A DNA stretch of 64,000 bases from Lama guanicoe. Lineage: Eukaryota. Position 1 is the first letter of the stretch, and each line of letters begins with the position of its first letter. Below are positions 11,971 to 24,092 of the stretch, piece by piece. Both the position numbers and the translations under genes were made by a program. The notes beneath the pieces were generated by a model. It was not told the origin of the DNA, did not search any database, and was given only the letters and a program-made list of their open reading frames with translations. The stretch spans positions 8,703,957 to 8,767,956 of the forward strand of contig MU053881.1 of assembly GCA_013239625.1 (NCBI GenBank), given 5' to 3'.

Positions 11971-14877
11971 AAAAAAAAACCTTTTAGGCCCAAAGGAAAC
12001 AATGTCCAGAGTGAAGTGCACACCAACGCAGTTGAGCTCTGCGATACAACTACTGGAAAGACATACAACTCTTCAGGGAAAGTTCTTTGGAAACTTTAGT
12101 AAACGCTACGCAGCTTTCCCGATTTTTGATTGCTAGCTGCTCAGATGATGCGACGAGGTAACACTGAGTGAGGCCAGGCCCTGTTGGAAGTGATTAGCAT
12201 GTACTGTCTGACTGGACGCTTATATTAGCTTTTCTGACCACGAGTCATTATCCCCACTTTGCGTAGGAGGAAACTGAGGCCCAGAAAGGTTATAGAACTT
12301 GCTGGAATTGTTAAGTGGTAGGACTTGTATTTGCACCTGAGCAGCCAGCTTCAGGGAACGTGCCCCGAATCCACTGCATTCCAGGCCCCTCTGTGTGCCG
12401 GACAAATAGGAGCCAGAGCTCGGTGTTGCTGGGCCTCACCCATGGGGGGAGATCCAGGTTTTATTCACCCGGCTTTGGGAAGGAGAACCTACACTATGGG
12501 TCAGGGCCGGGGGGCCTCTGACGACAGACAGGGCCCCTGATGTAGCCTGCAGGCCTGCAACAGGGCCATACTCAGGACACAGCTTGCTGCGGGTTTGGGA
12601 CCCCGTTTCTTCCCTCCCGTGAGGCTGTGGCGGTAAGACAAAGACCAGGGTGCCTGTGGTTTGGGGGGTACCCTGGCCACATGTGATGAGACGGAACTGT
12701 GTCACTCATCTCACGGGTGTAAAACTGTCCTCTGACAAACTTTTTAGAGTAGAAAGTAAGAAACCAAGGAGCTTGGGTGCGAGCGGGACTTTCCCAGAAG
12801 AGACGAAGCAAGACTTTTTTGATCACTGGAAACAGGGAGGGAGCTAGAGGGAGGCCAAGGGAGCGGAGAGGAGAGCAGCATGATGTTGGGGACCACCCAG
12901 GCCACGGCGTGGCCCTTTCCTGTGACTCCCAAATCCAAGGAAAACGAAGGGCAATTGTTAAGAGGCTTCATGTGACCAAATTTCCTATGGAAACCAGCAA
13001 AGAGAGAGTGAGCAGCATTCCGGGACATCATGGGGAAGAGGGTGGGGTGACAGGGTGCAGACACACTGAGCAGTGAGCAGGGAGCCCCGGCCAACAGCCG
13101 GCTTCACCTAGAACAGCCCCACTCTAGATGGGGTTCAGAGGAAAGAAAGATCGGATGCACAGCTCGAAAGCCCGTGTCTTGTCCAGGCCTTCTGTTACAG
13201 GGGGAAAGAATGTAAGACTATTGGCCCAAGCAACAAATATTAAGCCCTTACTGTGTGCCTGGCCCTGCTCTAGGGATACAGCCATGAATCCTATGGGTGA
13301 GGTTCCTCCTGCCTTCCAGGGACTGACATTGCTAGCAGGGAACAGAATGTCAGGAGTGATGAGGGCTCTGAATAAAAATGAGAGCAAACCCAAGACAACC
13401 CAAATGTCCATCAGCAAGTGAATGGACGTGACAGTACCTCCATCCAACTGCAAGTCTACTCAGTAAAAAACAAAAAGGCGATGAGTCACTGACACGCACA
13501 ACATGCATGAATCTCACTGACGTTACGCCGAGTGAGAGGCGGGACACGGATGAGCACAGGCTACCCTGTTTATGAGACCCTAGGGAGGACGCACATTTGG
13601 CCTCTAGGGAAGAACACAGACCAGCAGGGGGCTGGGATGAGGCTGGCATGGGGCCCACAGGAGCTTTTGAGGGGTGGCCACGTTTTAGATGTGAATTTTC
13701 ACATCTTAGGAATCAAACTGTACACGTAAAATGTGTGCACCGGGTGGCTTGAGAACTAAATCAAGCTGACGTAAGCTAAATAAAGCAGAGTCCGGGGATA
13801 AAGTATAAAGGACCGCCCAGTTTTAGATGCCCTGGTCAGGAAAGGGCTCACGGCAAGTTTGGGTAGAGGCCAGACGGAAGCCAGGAAGGAGCCACTTGAA
13901 AATCAGGGAGGAACGCTCCAGAAAGAGGGACCAGCCAGGGCAAAAGCTACCAGACAGAACGAGCTTGGAGTGACTGGTGGAGAGCGCGTGGGCCAGCGCG
14001 GCGGAGTCGGGGAGTGAGGGAGAGGTCGCTGGCTGGCCGGCCTGCAGAGGGAGCCGGCGGCCGCGGTGACCGGCTGCCCACCAGGGACCAGCCCTGCTGT
14101 GATGCGGGGGACACAGCAGGGAGCCCCACTGTCTCTGACCCCGGAGAGCTGGCATTCTAGAATGACTTCCGATTTTCCCTCCAGTGTGATGGGAGGCCAG
14201 CGGAAGCTTTGCAGAGACGAATGCTGTGACGAACGGTTATAAAGATGAGACTGGACCCTTTTTCATTTTAAGAGGAGAGCTTCTCATCTGCTGTGTTCAC
14301 GGCGGGCCTGGTTCCTGTGAGGGCCCTCTGGGCTTGGCAGTGGCTCTGCTGGTTTGCTGGATGAAGATAAGCAGATCGTGGGTCCTGCCAAGCTTCCCTG
14401 GTCCCCTTATCAAGCCTAAATTTGTGGTTTTCACATTTCAAAGGAGTACGTTTTGAATGTCTGGTATGGGATGAAGGCAATGTAGGGAGTAAAAGGATCA
14501 GTGGTTACTGGTCAAGAGTCAGCGAGCACCGTCACTCCCAGTACAGTGAGCGCGCCAGCACCCCTCCTTCTCAGAGCTGTTTCAGAGAAAGATTCCCACG
14601 AGAAACAGGGAGACAGGCCAGGACGAGGCAGACACAAGGCATTCCCTGGTGGGCGGCACTTTCTGGGAATTCTTGGAGGGGCCTTAATGCCAGTATCCAC
14701 AAGCCACATGAGGGCCAGCTCGGCCTTGTTCACTGCTGTAGCTCTATGACACATGGCACACGGTAGTTGCTCAATTAAATGTTGGTGGAGTCCAAGGTTC
14801 CAGCCCACCTCTGGCAGAATGATGTATCCATCAAGGGTCTCCTGGGGAGACTGTTAACCCTCTCACATGCAATTTTT

Positions 14878-14880
<3 letters not shown>

Positions 14881-14913
<33 letters not shown>
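14881..14913. repeat. (CA)n microsatellite
   Basis: Visible dinucleotide run. Confidence 0.95.
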
Positions 14914-14915
<2 letters not shown>

Positions 14916-14919
14916 ATAT

Positions 14920-15076
14920 AAAATTTCTTTTCCATTACGGGTCATTGCAAGAAATTTAATATAGTTCCCTGTTGTTTATCTATTTTATATATAGTAATGT
15001 ATATCTGTTAACCCTGTATTCCTAATCTATCCTTCCCTCCCTACCTTTCCTCTCTGATAATCATGGTTGGTTTTCT
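14920..15076 (-). mobile_element. L1 3' UTR fragment
   Basis: atatagttccctg...ttgtttatctattttatatatagta...ccttccctccct is the reverse complement of the L1 3' UTR type seen at 52370-52490. Confidence 0.75.
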
Positions 15077-15104
15077 AAAATTCTTGTGTGTGCATGTGTG
15101 CGTG

Positions 15105-15212
15105 TGGCGGTCATTAGGTTTACTTATTTATTTTACCAGAGGTACAGGGGGTTGAACCCAGGACCTTGTGCATGCTAGGCACCCACTCTACCACTGAGCT
15201 ATCCCCTTCCCA
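15105..15212 (-). mobile_element. tRNA-Ala-derived SINE (Vic-1-like, longer tail)
   Basis: ggttgaacccaggaccttgtgcatgctaggcacccactctaccactgagcta; same family as the copy at 10697. Confidence 0.85.
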
Positions 15213-17744
15213 GGGCTCACATGCAGTTTTTGAGATCAGGCAGAGACAGTTGAACACCCTAAGTCCTGATCTCCTATTTTCGAGACTTTCCCTCAGTACA
15301 GAGAAGTGTGCATGCCCAGTTTCAAGGGAAATTCATAGCTTCGTGGTGTCGACCACTTTCTCCTTTCATTTAACGTGTGTTCCTAGCGGGCGCTGTGTAC
15401 ACAGCTGTAAATCTGCAAGAACCTAGCACAGGGTCACAGCCGCTAAACCTCCAAGGGGCAGCCCTCCTCAGTCACTCCTGGCCTTGTAAGAGCCGGTTCT
15501 GAAAGGAAAAGCTATGTCCTCGTTGGTGAGTGATGGCTAAAGAAAAGCACGTTTTCTAAAAAAGAGGGCCACCTTTATAAGAAGCTTTAACACAGCCGCA
15601 CAACAAGGGGGATCTTCTCTGCCCTCTGCAGGGACGATCTTCCCCTCTTTCTTTTCTCTTTATCTGCTTAACTCGTCTTCCAAGAGTCAGCTCGGGTAGC
15701 AGCCCCCTCAGGAAGCTGCCCCCAAACCCTGCACAGATTAGAACTGGTGGTCTGTTTTATGCTCTCACACCTCCAGTACCCAACTCTAGGAAATGATCAT
15801 AGCTAACATTTGATCCATTTACTGTGCAAGGGACAGGAACCAATTCCATAAACGATACACGGTGTTGACTTCAAAAAATGTACAACAGGACAGTGCTTGC
15901 AGGACGCCTGCCGTCCACCCTTCTCCCAGCTCGCAGAGAGCGGTGCTTGGACTGGACACAGCTGGACACACTGGACGCTGCATCCCAGGAGAGACTCTTC
16001 GATCCCCTGCCACCTCACATATTTATAAAAGGATTGAGAGGAGACAGGAATCACTTGACCAAGATGGAAGACCCTGATCTTTGCAATTCGGATTAGAGTC
16101 TTGAAGACGACCAGTGAAAACTCAGTTTGTATACCAGCCCTGGTTTCTGCCAGAGGCCTTGCCACCTTCCCTGCGGAGACCTCCGGTTGCTAGGTTACCT
16201 GCGAGTGAGCGGCAAGGGCCGTGGACCAGTCAGACTGATTGATTCATCTCCACGGGGTGCTCACTATTCCCCAGGCATTATCTCATTTATTCTCACAACA
16301 AGCTGATGAGGTCTGGTCCTCATCTTTCGGATGGGGAAACCGAGTCTAGAGAGTCCTGTGCACAAACCTCCAGCTACTACAGAGCAGAGATGAGATTCAA
16401 ACCCAGGCCAGGCTGACTCTAGCACATCAGTGCTCATCTTCCACCCGGGACTGCATCTCACAACCCTCCTGACGTGATGCTGCCACCGCGGCTTAACTTG
16501 TCAGGTCCCTGTCTTTTTAAAATGCCTTTCATCTCTGTATCCCCAGTACAGACACTCAGTGAATGTTTGTCGAGCGCACGAATGGACTGATTTCACATTT
16601 CGTCTTCCCTCAAGGCGATGCCCTCACCACGCTGCCTTTTGATTCAGCCCAGGGGAAGGGTGGAAGGCACAGCTCTGAAGACCAAGTCAGCCACAGTGCT
16701 GGGGTCAGGGTCAGTGAGACTGATGAACACCTCAAGGCGATTCCATGAGGCACCAAAACTCTACCACGAGGTCAGAAGAATAGAGGTTTTTCCCTCTCAG
16801 TGCCTGGCCAGTGTGACTTCTTATTTTCTGTACATTCCCCTCCAATTGTCTTTAGCCAGTGGTTTATCAAAAATGCCACATCTGGCTCCTTGCTCTCCCA
16901 AGACCAATAGGAGGGCTGCTTGTGAAAATAAATCAAATACATCATGGAGGAGAGGGAGTAAGCTGGGAACGTGCCCAGTCTCAGAACAGCTTCCCAAGCA
17001 CCACAGAGGACCAGAATCACGGGCTGGGGGCTTCTCTCTGCCTGGCCTGAGCCTTTCGCCAGGCAGCACTGTGACCTTGGCCAAGGGACCTGGACCCTCC
17101 AAGTCTCCACTCTCTGACCCCCAAGAGGAGGTTAGTAAGATTTCCTACCTCTGAGGGTGACTGTGAGCCCGGCCCAGCTCTCAGAAAGCACTGGATCAGT
17201 GTCAGCTATCCTTACGGCTACTGTGACTGTTACAGAAGTTTGACGTATTGTAACTCCTTCATGCTGCGCAATTCTGCTCTTAAGAATTCATCATAAGGGA
17301 ATTATTAAAAAATAAATGAGCATAAGCCGGCAAGGATGTTTACTGCAGAAGGACTACAATGTTGAAGAAGGGAGCTTGGTTAAAGAATTTTAATCTATAG
17401 AATGCATTATTTTGAGGCATTTAAAATGACTTTGTGGAAGACTATTCAGATTTAGAAAGATGTTCCCTACGTATTACTATGCAAAGAATCAGGGTAAAAA
17501 TGGTACATATGGTATGACCCTCTATTTGTAAAAATGATTACTCTATGTAAGCAGAAAATAGACTAAAACAGACTCAAAATGTTAATGTTTTCTCTTTTTT
17601 CCTGTCATCATCGTATATTGCTTTTACAATGAGAAAACCACAAATACAAGTTATCTTTTAATAAAGTAAATGAAATTTGTTTTGTTTCGTTTGCGGGCTT
17701 GTCAGGTTTGCATTACGGATGCTTTGATAAACAGGATAATAATA

Positions 17745-17945
17745 GCTTATACCGTTTCTTTGTGCCGGCACGGTTCTAAGTGCCTTATACAGATTACCTC
17801 GTTGACATCTCATAACAATGCTATGAATGCATAACGTTACTCTCTCCATTTCACAGATGGAGTAACCAAGGCACAGAGAGGCTGAGGGACTTGCCCAAGC
17901 TCACACAGCGTGGAAAAACTGGAAGGTGAAATTTAAGATCAGGCC
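17745..17945 (-). mobile_element. MIR SINE (representative; many more MIRs, e.g. ~4920-5100, 7340-7560, 30450-30700, 51330-51430)
   Basis: MIR core ccatttcacagatggagtaaccaaggcacagagaggctgagggacttgcccaagctcacacag. Confidence 0.75.
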
Positions 17946-18058
17946 ATGGGGACTGGCCGACCTACACCATTATGCCCACGTTTGCCTGTGTCTGGAACAG
18001 CTGCATAGGCATGACACAGAATGTTCATTTAAACTTTACTTGTACTTCTGTATTTATA

Positions 18059-18205
18059 GGTTTTAAAAATTTATTTTATTTATTTTGGGAAGGTAATTTG
18101 GTTTGTCTCTTTGTTTGTTTATTTAAATGGCGATACTGGGGATTGAACCCAGGACCTCGTACACGCAAAACAGACATTCTACCACTGAGCTATATCCTTC
18201 CCACT
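18059..18205 (-). mobile_element. tRNA-Ala-derived SINE (Vic-1-like, longer tail)
   Basis: ggggattgaacccaggacc...ctaccactgagctata; flanked by ctgtattt(a/g)ta at 18048 and 18211. Confidence 0.85.
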
Positions 18206-18373
18206 AAAAACTGTATTTGTATTTAAAGACCCACACCGTCTTGGCATATACAATGGGATCTAGTTATCTGAGGATATTTGGAGTTAATAAAAGGCCACTT
18301 AAAAGGAATGTCCTTAACAAATGGGAAAATGATTGATGAGGAATTTATCTTGAAAAAATAAAACTGTAATTAG

Positions 18374-19148
18374 ATTATCAGAGAAATGCAAATCAAAACT
18401 ACAATGAGGTGTCACCTCACATCAGTCAGAATGTCCACCATTCAAAAGTCCACAAATGACAAATGCTAGAGAGACTGTGGAGAAAGGGGAACCCTTGTAC
18501 ACTGCTGGTGGGAATGCAGTTTGGTGCAGCCACTGTGGAAAACAGTATGGAGATTCCTCAAAATACTAGGAATAGACTTACCGTATGACCCAGGAATCCT
18601 GCTCCTGGGCATATGTCCAGAAGGAACCCTGCTTCAAAATGACACCTGCACCCCAATGTTCATAGCAGCACTATTTACAATAGCCAAGACATGGAAACAG
18701 CCTAAATGTTCATCAACAGATGACTGGATAAAGAAGATGTGGGATATTTATACAATGGAATACTACTCAGCCATAAAAACCGACAACATAATGCCATTTG
18801 CAGCAACATGGATGCTCCTGGAGAATGTCATTCTAAGTGAAGTAAGCCAGAAAGAGAAAGAAAAATACCATATGAGATCGCTCATATGTGGAATCTTAAA
18901 AACAAAAACAAAAACAAACAAACAAAATAAACAAGATTATACTGTATAGCACAGGGAAATATATACAGGATCTTGTGGTAGCTCACAGAGAAAAAAAAGT
19001 GACAATGAATATATATATATGTTCATGTATAACCGAGAAGTTGTGCTGTACACTGGAATTTGACACAACATTGTAAAATGATTATAAATCCATAAAAAAT
19101 GTTAAAAAATAAAGTAAGTAAAAATAAATAAATTAAAAAAAGAAAAAG
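18374..19148 (+). mobile_element. 5'-truncated, relatively young L1 (ORF2 C-terminus + 3' UTR)
   Basis: ORF 18521-18949 matches the L1 ORF2 end ([12 protein letters not shown]...[19 protein letters not shown]...EYYSAIK). A-rich tail; perfect TSD aaaactgtaattag at 18360-18373 and 19149-19162. Confidence 0.93.
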
Positions 19149-20344
19149 AAAACTGTAATTAGGAAAGTGTTTCTTTTTTTAAATCCTGTATTAGGAATAT
19201 TCAGGTTATATCTGCAACTCCACTTTAATTGTTAGGTTCAACCCTGAGCTTTCATACACGCACAAACACGTGACACGAAACATTTCATTGTCTCTCAGCT
19301 TCATCGATTGCAAAGTGCCTCCTGTTTTCAGAGATGTCAAAAGAGGAACACTGCGTGCATCTCAGAATCGATGAAATACACAGGAACAGCGCAGCACCAC
19401 TGTCATCTGACTGAGGCAGCACAATCCAAAGGGACATTTCTGTCAACATACTGCTTATCAGATTCTCAAGGAACTCTCTTTATGTTATTATAATCACCCT
19501 CTTGAAAGTGCTGATCCTGGCACCTTCCTTTTTACCTCTCTCTGCCCCAGGATTTAACTGCGCTCCCTCAGCCAGCCCCACATTTACCAAGGCTTCCCCC
19601 TGGCTCTTCGAAGCAGACCTCCAGCATCACTTCCGTTGACTTACTGAACTTCTCGTTTGGGGCTTGAGCCGTAATTTCATTCTGTCAACGATCATGTTTA
19701 CCTTGCGCCGCAGATGCTCCTGGAAATGACAGCCCGCGGACAGGAGAAAAGGGACGTGTCTGATTGCCGTGTCCAGGGCGTGCTTTGTGACCCTCAACTC
19801 TGACTCAGTTATTTCTTGTGTAAAATGGGGCTGCCCCTAATAGTGCCTATTTCATGGGGTGGTTGTGAAGATAAAATAATTCATGTGAAACAGTCCTTGG
19901 CACAGTGTAGCCCTCAAAGATTGCTGACTATTATTATTATTAAAACTATTATTAAATGGGGGAGGGACCTTTGACTGGAGGGTGTTTTTATAAGGCATCA
20001 GATGATCAGTGGTGATTTTTGTCTTATAACAACTTTTGCTTCCCTACAAAATATCCCTACTCAGAGGGGTTTCAATTCACATTTTAAAAGCTGTTAATTT
20101 TTGTGCAGCTCTTGCAATAAAGCTTTTCCTAATATCTCTCGACATGGATTTAAACTTCTGTTACTCTGTCGTTTATTAGGAAGCTTTAAGATCTGCAGTG
20201 GGCTTTCTTTGAACCCATCTGATGTGTGCCTGCTCAGATAAAGCCGTATAAAGCAACTGCACTGGTGATCTGTTCAACCAAATGCCAGGCAGAGCAGAGG
20301 TATGAGTCGGTGTCAGGATGTGAAAGCAGGAACGCAATTTCACG

Positions 20345-20520
20345 TGAACATGTAGCTGCACCCCAATGTTCACAGCAGCATTATTTACAGCTGCCAAGAC
20401 ATGGAAGCAACCTACGTGTTGATCAATAGATGAATGAATAAAGAAGATGTGGTGTATACACATACGATGGAATATTACTCAGCCATAAAAAGGAATGAAA
20501 CATTGCCCTTTGCAGCAACG
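20345..20520 (+). mobile_element. L1 ORF2-end fragment
   Basis: ccccaatgttcacagcagcattatttac...atggaatattactcagccataaaaaggaatgaa. Confidence 0.8.
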
Positions 20521-23500
20521 TTTTTATTTATTTTTTAAATAAAGAGAGTCTCATAGCTTCTTTTAAGTTTGGGATGCAATCTCTCTACTTCTGTATCTAA
20601 GGCAAGGGATGAGAGTAGTTAGATGTATTAAGTGATTTAACCTTGAAACGATTATCTTCTATCGCTCCTCTTTCAAGCTTGTGGATCAATTTAATTGAAG
20701 ACTAGCCAGGGCCTGTAAGGGAACCAATGAAAGAAAATCCAGGTGCTATTTGCAACTCTGTATGTATACTCATTGGGATGTTTCTCAGAACTGTGCAAAC
20801 AAAACAAAGTACAGAAATAAGTTGATTCCTGAGAGAGATGCGAGATGAGAGTCATCATCTCTAATCTCTCAATGCTTGTTTTACTCAAAACTGACTCAAG
20901 CCTGTTACAGATTCACTTTTCTTGGAAAGAGAGAGATTACTGAAATTAAGAAAAGCGTAGAGAATATGGTGACAAATTACCCATATTTCAACCACTCAAA
21001 TGAATATATGTTAACACTGTGTCATATTTATTCTCAGTCTTTGTAAGTGGGCATGCGTGTGTGTGTGTGTGTGTGTGGAGATGGCGCGGGACCCGCCTTA
21101 CCCTTAATGCTTTATTATGGATAAAAACAAGTACTTTTTAGATCTATTCTCAGTATCGCTCTCCTCACCTATTCCTACAGGTGACCAACCTCGTGAGTTT
21201 AGTTTCTCTCTCTGTGTCTCTATTAATGCATATATAGCTACACACACACACACGTACGTACAATAAACACGTGTATACAGAGGTTAAAATATTACAATAA
21301 TAAATATGGATTTGAATTACAGACCATGCTTATGCTAATAAAACTGCCACGCTCATCTGTGTTATATATGGGGTTCTACAGAAGATTTCACTTGAAGATA
21401 AAGGTCTTTGCCTAGAAAATTTGCACACCCTTGAATCACAGCACGTCTGAGACTCTGCTCAGTCAAAACATGTGATTCAGTGCTGCCCCCTCTTACACAT
21501 CCCTGTCTTCTCTGCTTCCGACCTTCTCCCCGAGTTCTGAGTATTCAGTCATCGCCCTTTTTGAAAAGCATCCAAAGTGCCCTCCCCGTGTACCCGCCGC
21601 AGTATCAGGTCCCTTGTAAAATTCAAGCATCTCCTGAGATGCCTCCTGCTCGTGGCTTTCCAGGAGGGCACCCGCTGGTCTAAGTAGCAGTTTCTGCTCC
21701 TGCCAGGAGGCATTCTGATAATCACAAGGGGTCTCTCAAGGAAGACCTTTCCCGAAGCATATTTAGTCCGATACAGAAGAAACCAAGGTTCTCTTGGTTT
21801 CACAGAATCTTTCTCCATACCTCCTCAAGCTCTTTCAGAAAGGAAGGGTCTGGAAAACATATGCTTCCCTCCAAACTGAAATTAAATTGCTACATGACTT
21901 GTTATGCAAGGTGACAGCCAAACCCTGGTATTCCCTCCCCATTAAGCTCCCAGGGTGCAGCTCCTCCTGCGGAGGAGACGTGAGGTCCAGGGAGGGCCCT
22001 TCTGTCTGGGTAACGGGCGCTGGGCGGTGGCACGGCGACAGAACCAGGGCGGCTCGGAACACACGGGTGTCCCAGTGTCCCAGGGATCCAGTCAGCTCTA
22101 CCTCTAGTGGAAACTGTGTGCAGTGCATTTACTTGGGCAAGAGGGATGGGGACAAGGAAAGGGCGAGTTCATTTTCAAATAAGGCTCTGACCTGGAAAGG
22201 GCTAAACCGAGCGGGCAAAAGCTAACATCACTCATCTCCATCTATAAATTTGCTTTTTAAAAAATGTCATTTAGGGGAATTCTGCTGATGAGAACAAATA
22301 GGAATGTTTGCTCAGCTCATTTGATCTGGGTCTGGGCATGCTCCACCTGCTGTATTCGCATTGATTTGGTGCGATCGTGGGGCAATTCGTGGTGTCTTAA
22401 ACAGCTCCCTCCTGCCGCTCAGTGTGTTTAACGTGTGGATGGGTTTACTTCCTATCCTGCAGACACATCTCAGGGTAAAGCACTCGGGTTTGACAGCATC
22501 TGCTTCTATCTTAGCGTCATTTCATCCCCGCTACCTCCCTGTAATCAACCCGCTGGAGCCGTGAGCCCACCCCACGCTTCCCAGTTGCCTCTGGAAGCCA
22601 CTGGGCTCACGGCTCCATCAGTCTGAGTGATGAAATAGGCATTTTTAATATTTGCTAAACAGGATTGTGGAGAAGGTGAAGTCCCGGCAGGGCTCCCAAG
22701 CGCTAACTGCGTCCTGTTGTCTCCGGTTAATCATGTACCTAATTTGCCGATTATTGACTTGTTCTCACACAGGATTTTACTTGGCTTGACAGATCAGCCG
22801 CAATCAGCGATGAACTGTCAGGCAAACGTGCTCACTTGCCTTCACCACCCAAGAGCCTCCCTTGTAGCTACAGCTTCTGAGATTTCCTTTGATGCCTAGC
22901 ACGGCAGCCGGCTCAGATGATCACTGGTATTTTTAACGTCTCGTCTCTTTCCTTTCCAGAACTGGGGTCACGCAAACCCGACAGGGTCTGTAGGACTTTG
23001 GATACTTGGCAAGACGTGCTAGGCTACCTTCCACTATCCCCGTGAGAACCCACGTGGGTGTATAGCAAAGTGATTCAGTTACACATACCTCTACATCCAT
23101 ACTCTTTTTATACCTGAAATGTAAGTCAACTATCCCTTAATAAAAAAATGAATAAATAAAAAAGAAACCTAACAGAGAAAAAAACTCCCCAAACCCCAAA
23201 ATAAACAAGAAAAGAATTCGAGCTGGTAGTTTGAGAATGGTTTAGATTGACTCTTTCTGTTTTGTCTTTTTTTTTAGCATAGTTCTTAAAAAAATGCAAT
23301 GCAGAGTATAACAATGCTCCATTGAAAAGACAATCTAATATCTCCCTTTCAAACTCACAAGGCTTAGACAATAATATCTAGTTTCTGCAAGAGTTTGAGC
23401 AGAGAAAATGGGCACTTCCATTCTATTGCTGGTGGGTGGGGGCGTAGGGAGGGTAACTGGTATCAACTTTCAAAAGGACCATTTGGCAATTTGTATAAAA

Positions 23501-23886
23501 TCCTTACAGAGTTACTTTCAGGGTAAAAATTAAGGGTGGACACAAAGACTAGCCACGAGGACAGGTGCCCCAACATTTGTTGTAAGCCAGAAGAGCCTCT
23601 CATCAGTATTTCATTGGTATGTCAGGCGTTCCTTCACCCACAGGGGTATCAGAGGACCATACTTCCTGCTCGTGGAAGTCAGGATATGACTCGCTTTGTC
23701 CACATGAGAAGGGCTTAAAGGATCTGTAACACCTCCAAGCAGAAGTCTTTGGGGGACTGGTGCATAATTCACCATCTTCTCCTTCCTTTGCTTGGGGTAC
23801 TAGTCATGGAGGTTCCACAGCTCTGCGCCCTTGAATGAGGCTGACACTGAGCAAAGTCCAGTGTCACCTGAAATGAACACGTGGAG

Positions 23887-24092
23887 CAGGGGTTCCCAAC
23901 CTCAGTGTCTTTGACATTTGGGGCTGGATAATTCTTTGTTGTGGGTGCTCTCCTGTGCATGTTTACCAGCATTCCCAGCTGCCACTCCCAGTCAGTGGCA
24001 ACCTCTTTCCAGGGTGACACCCAAAAATATTTCCAGGCATTGCTAAATGTCTCTGGGGTGGGGGCAGAACTGCCCCTGATTGAGAACCACAG
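23887..24092. mobile_element. MER20-like DNA element, apparently nested in an MLT1-type LTR (~23570-24150)
   Basis: ttgacatttggggctggataattctttgttgtggg...ggcattgctaaatgtc...ttgagaaccac; flanked by MLT-like aataaac/tgttgttttaagccac sequence. Confidence 0.75.

Noticed and set aside
18521..18949. 142-aa ORF
   Set aside because: L1 ORF2 C-terminal remnant, not a host gene.
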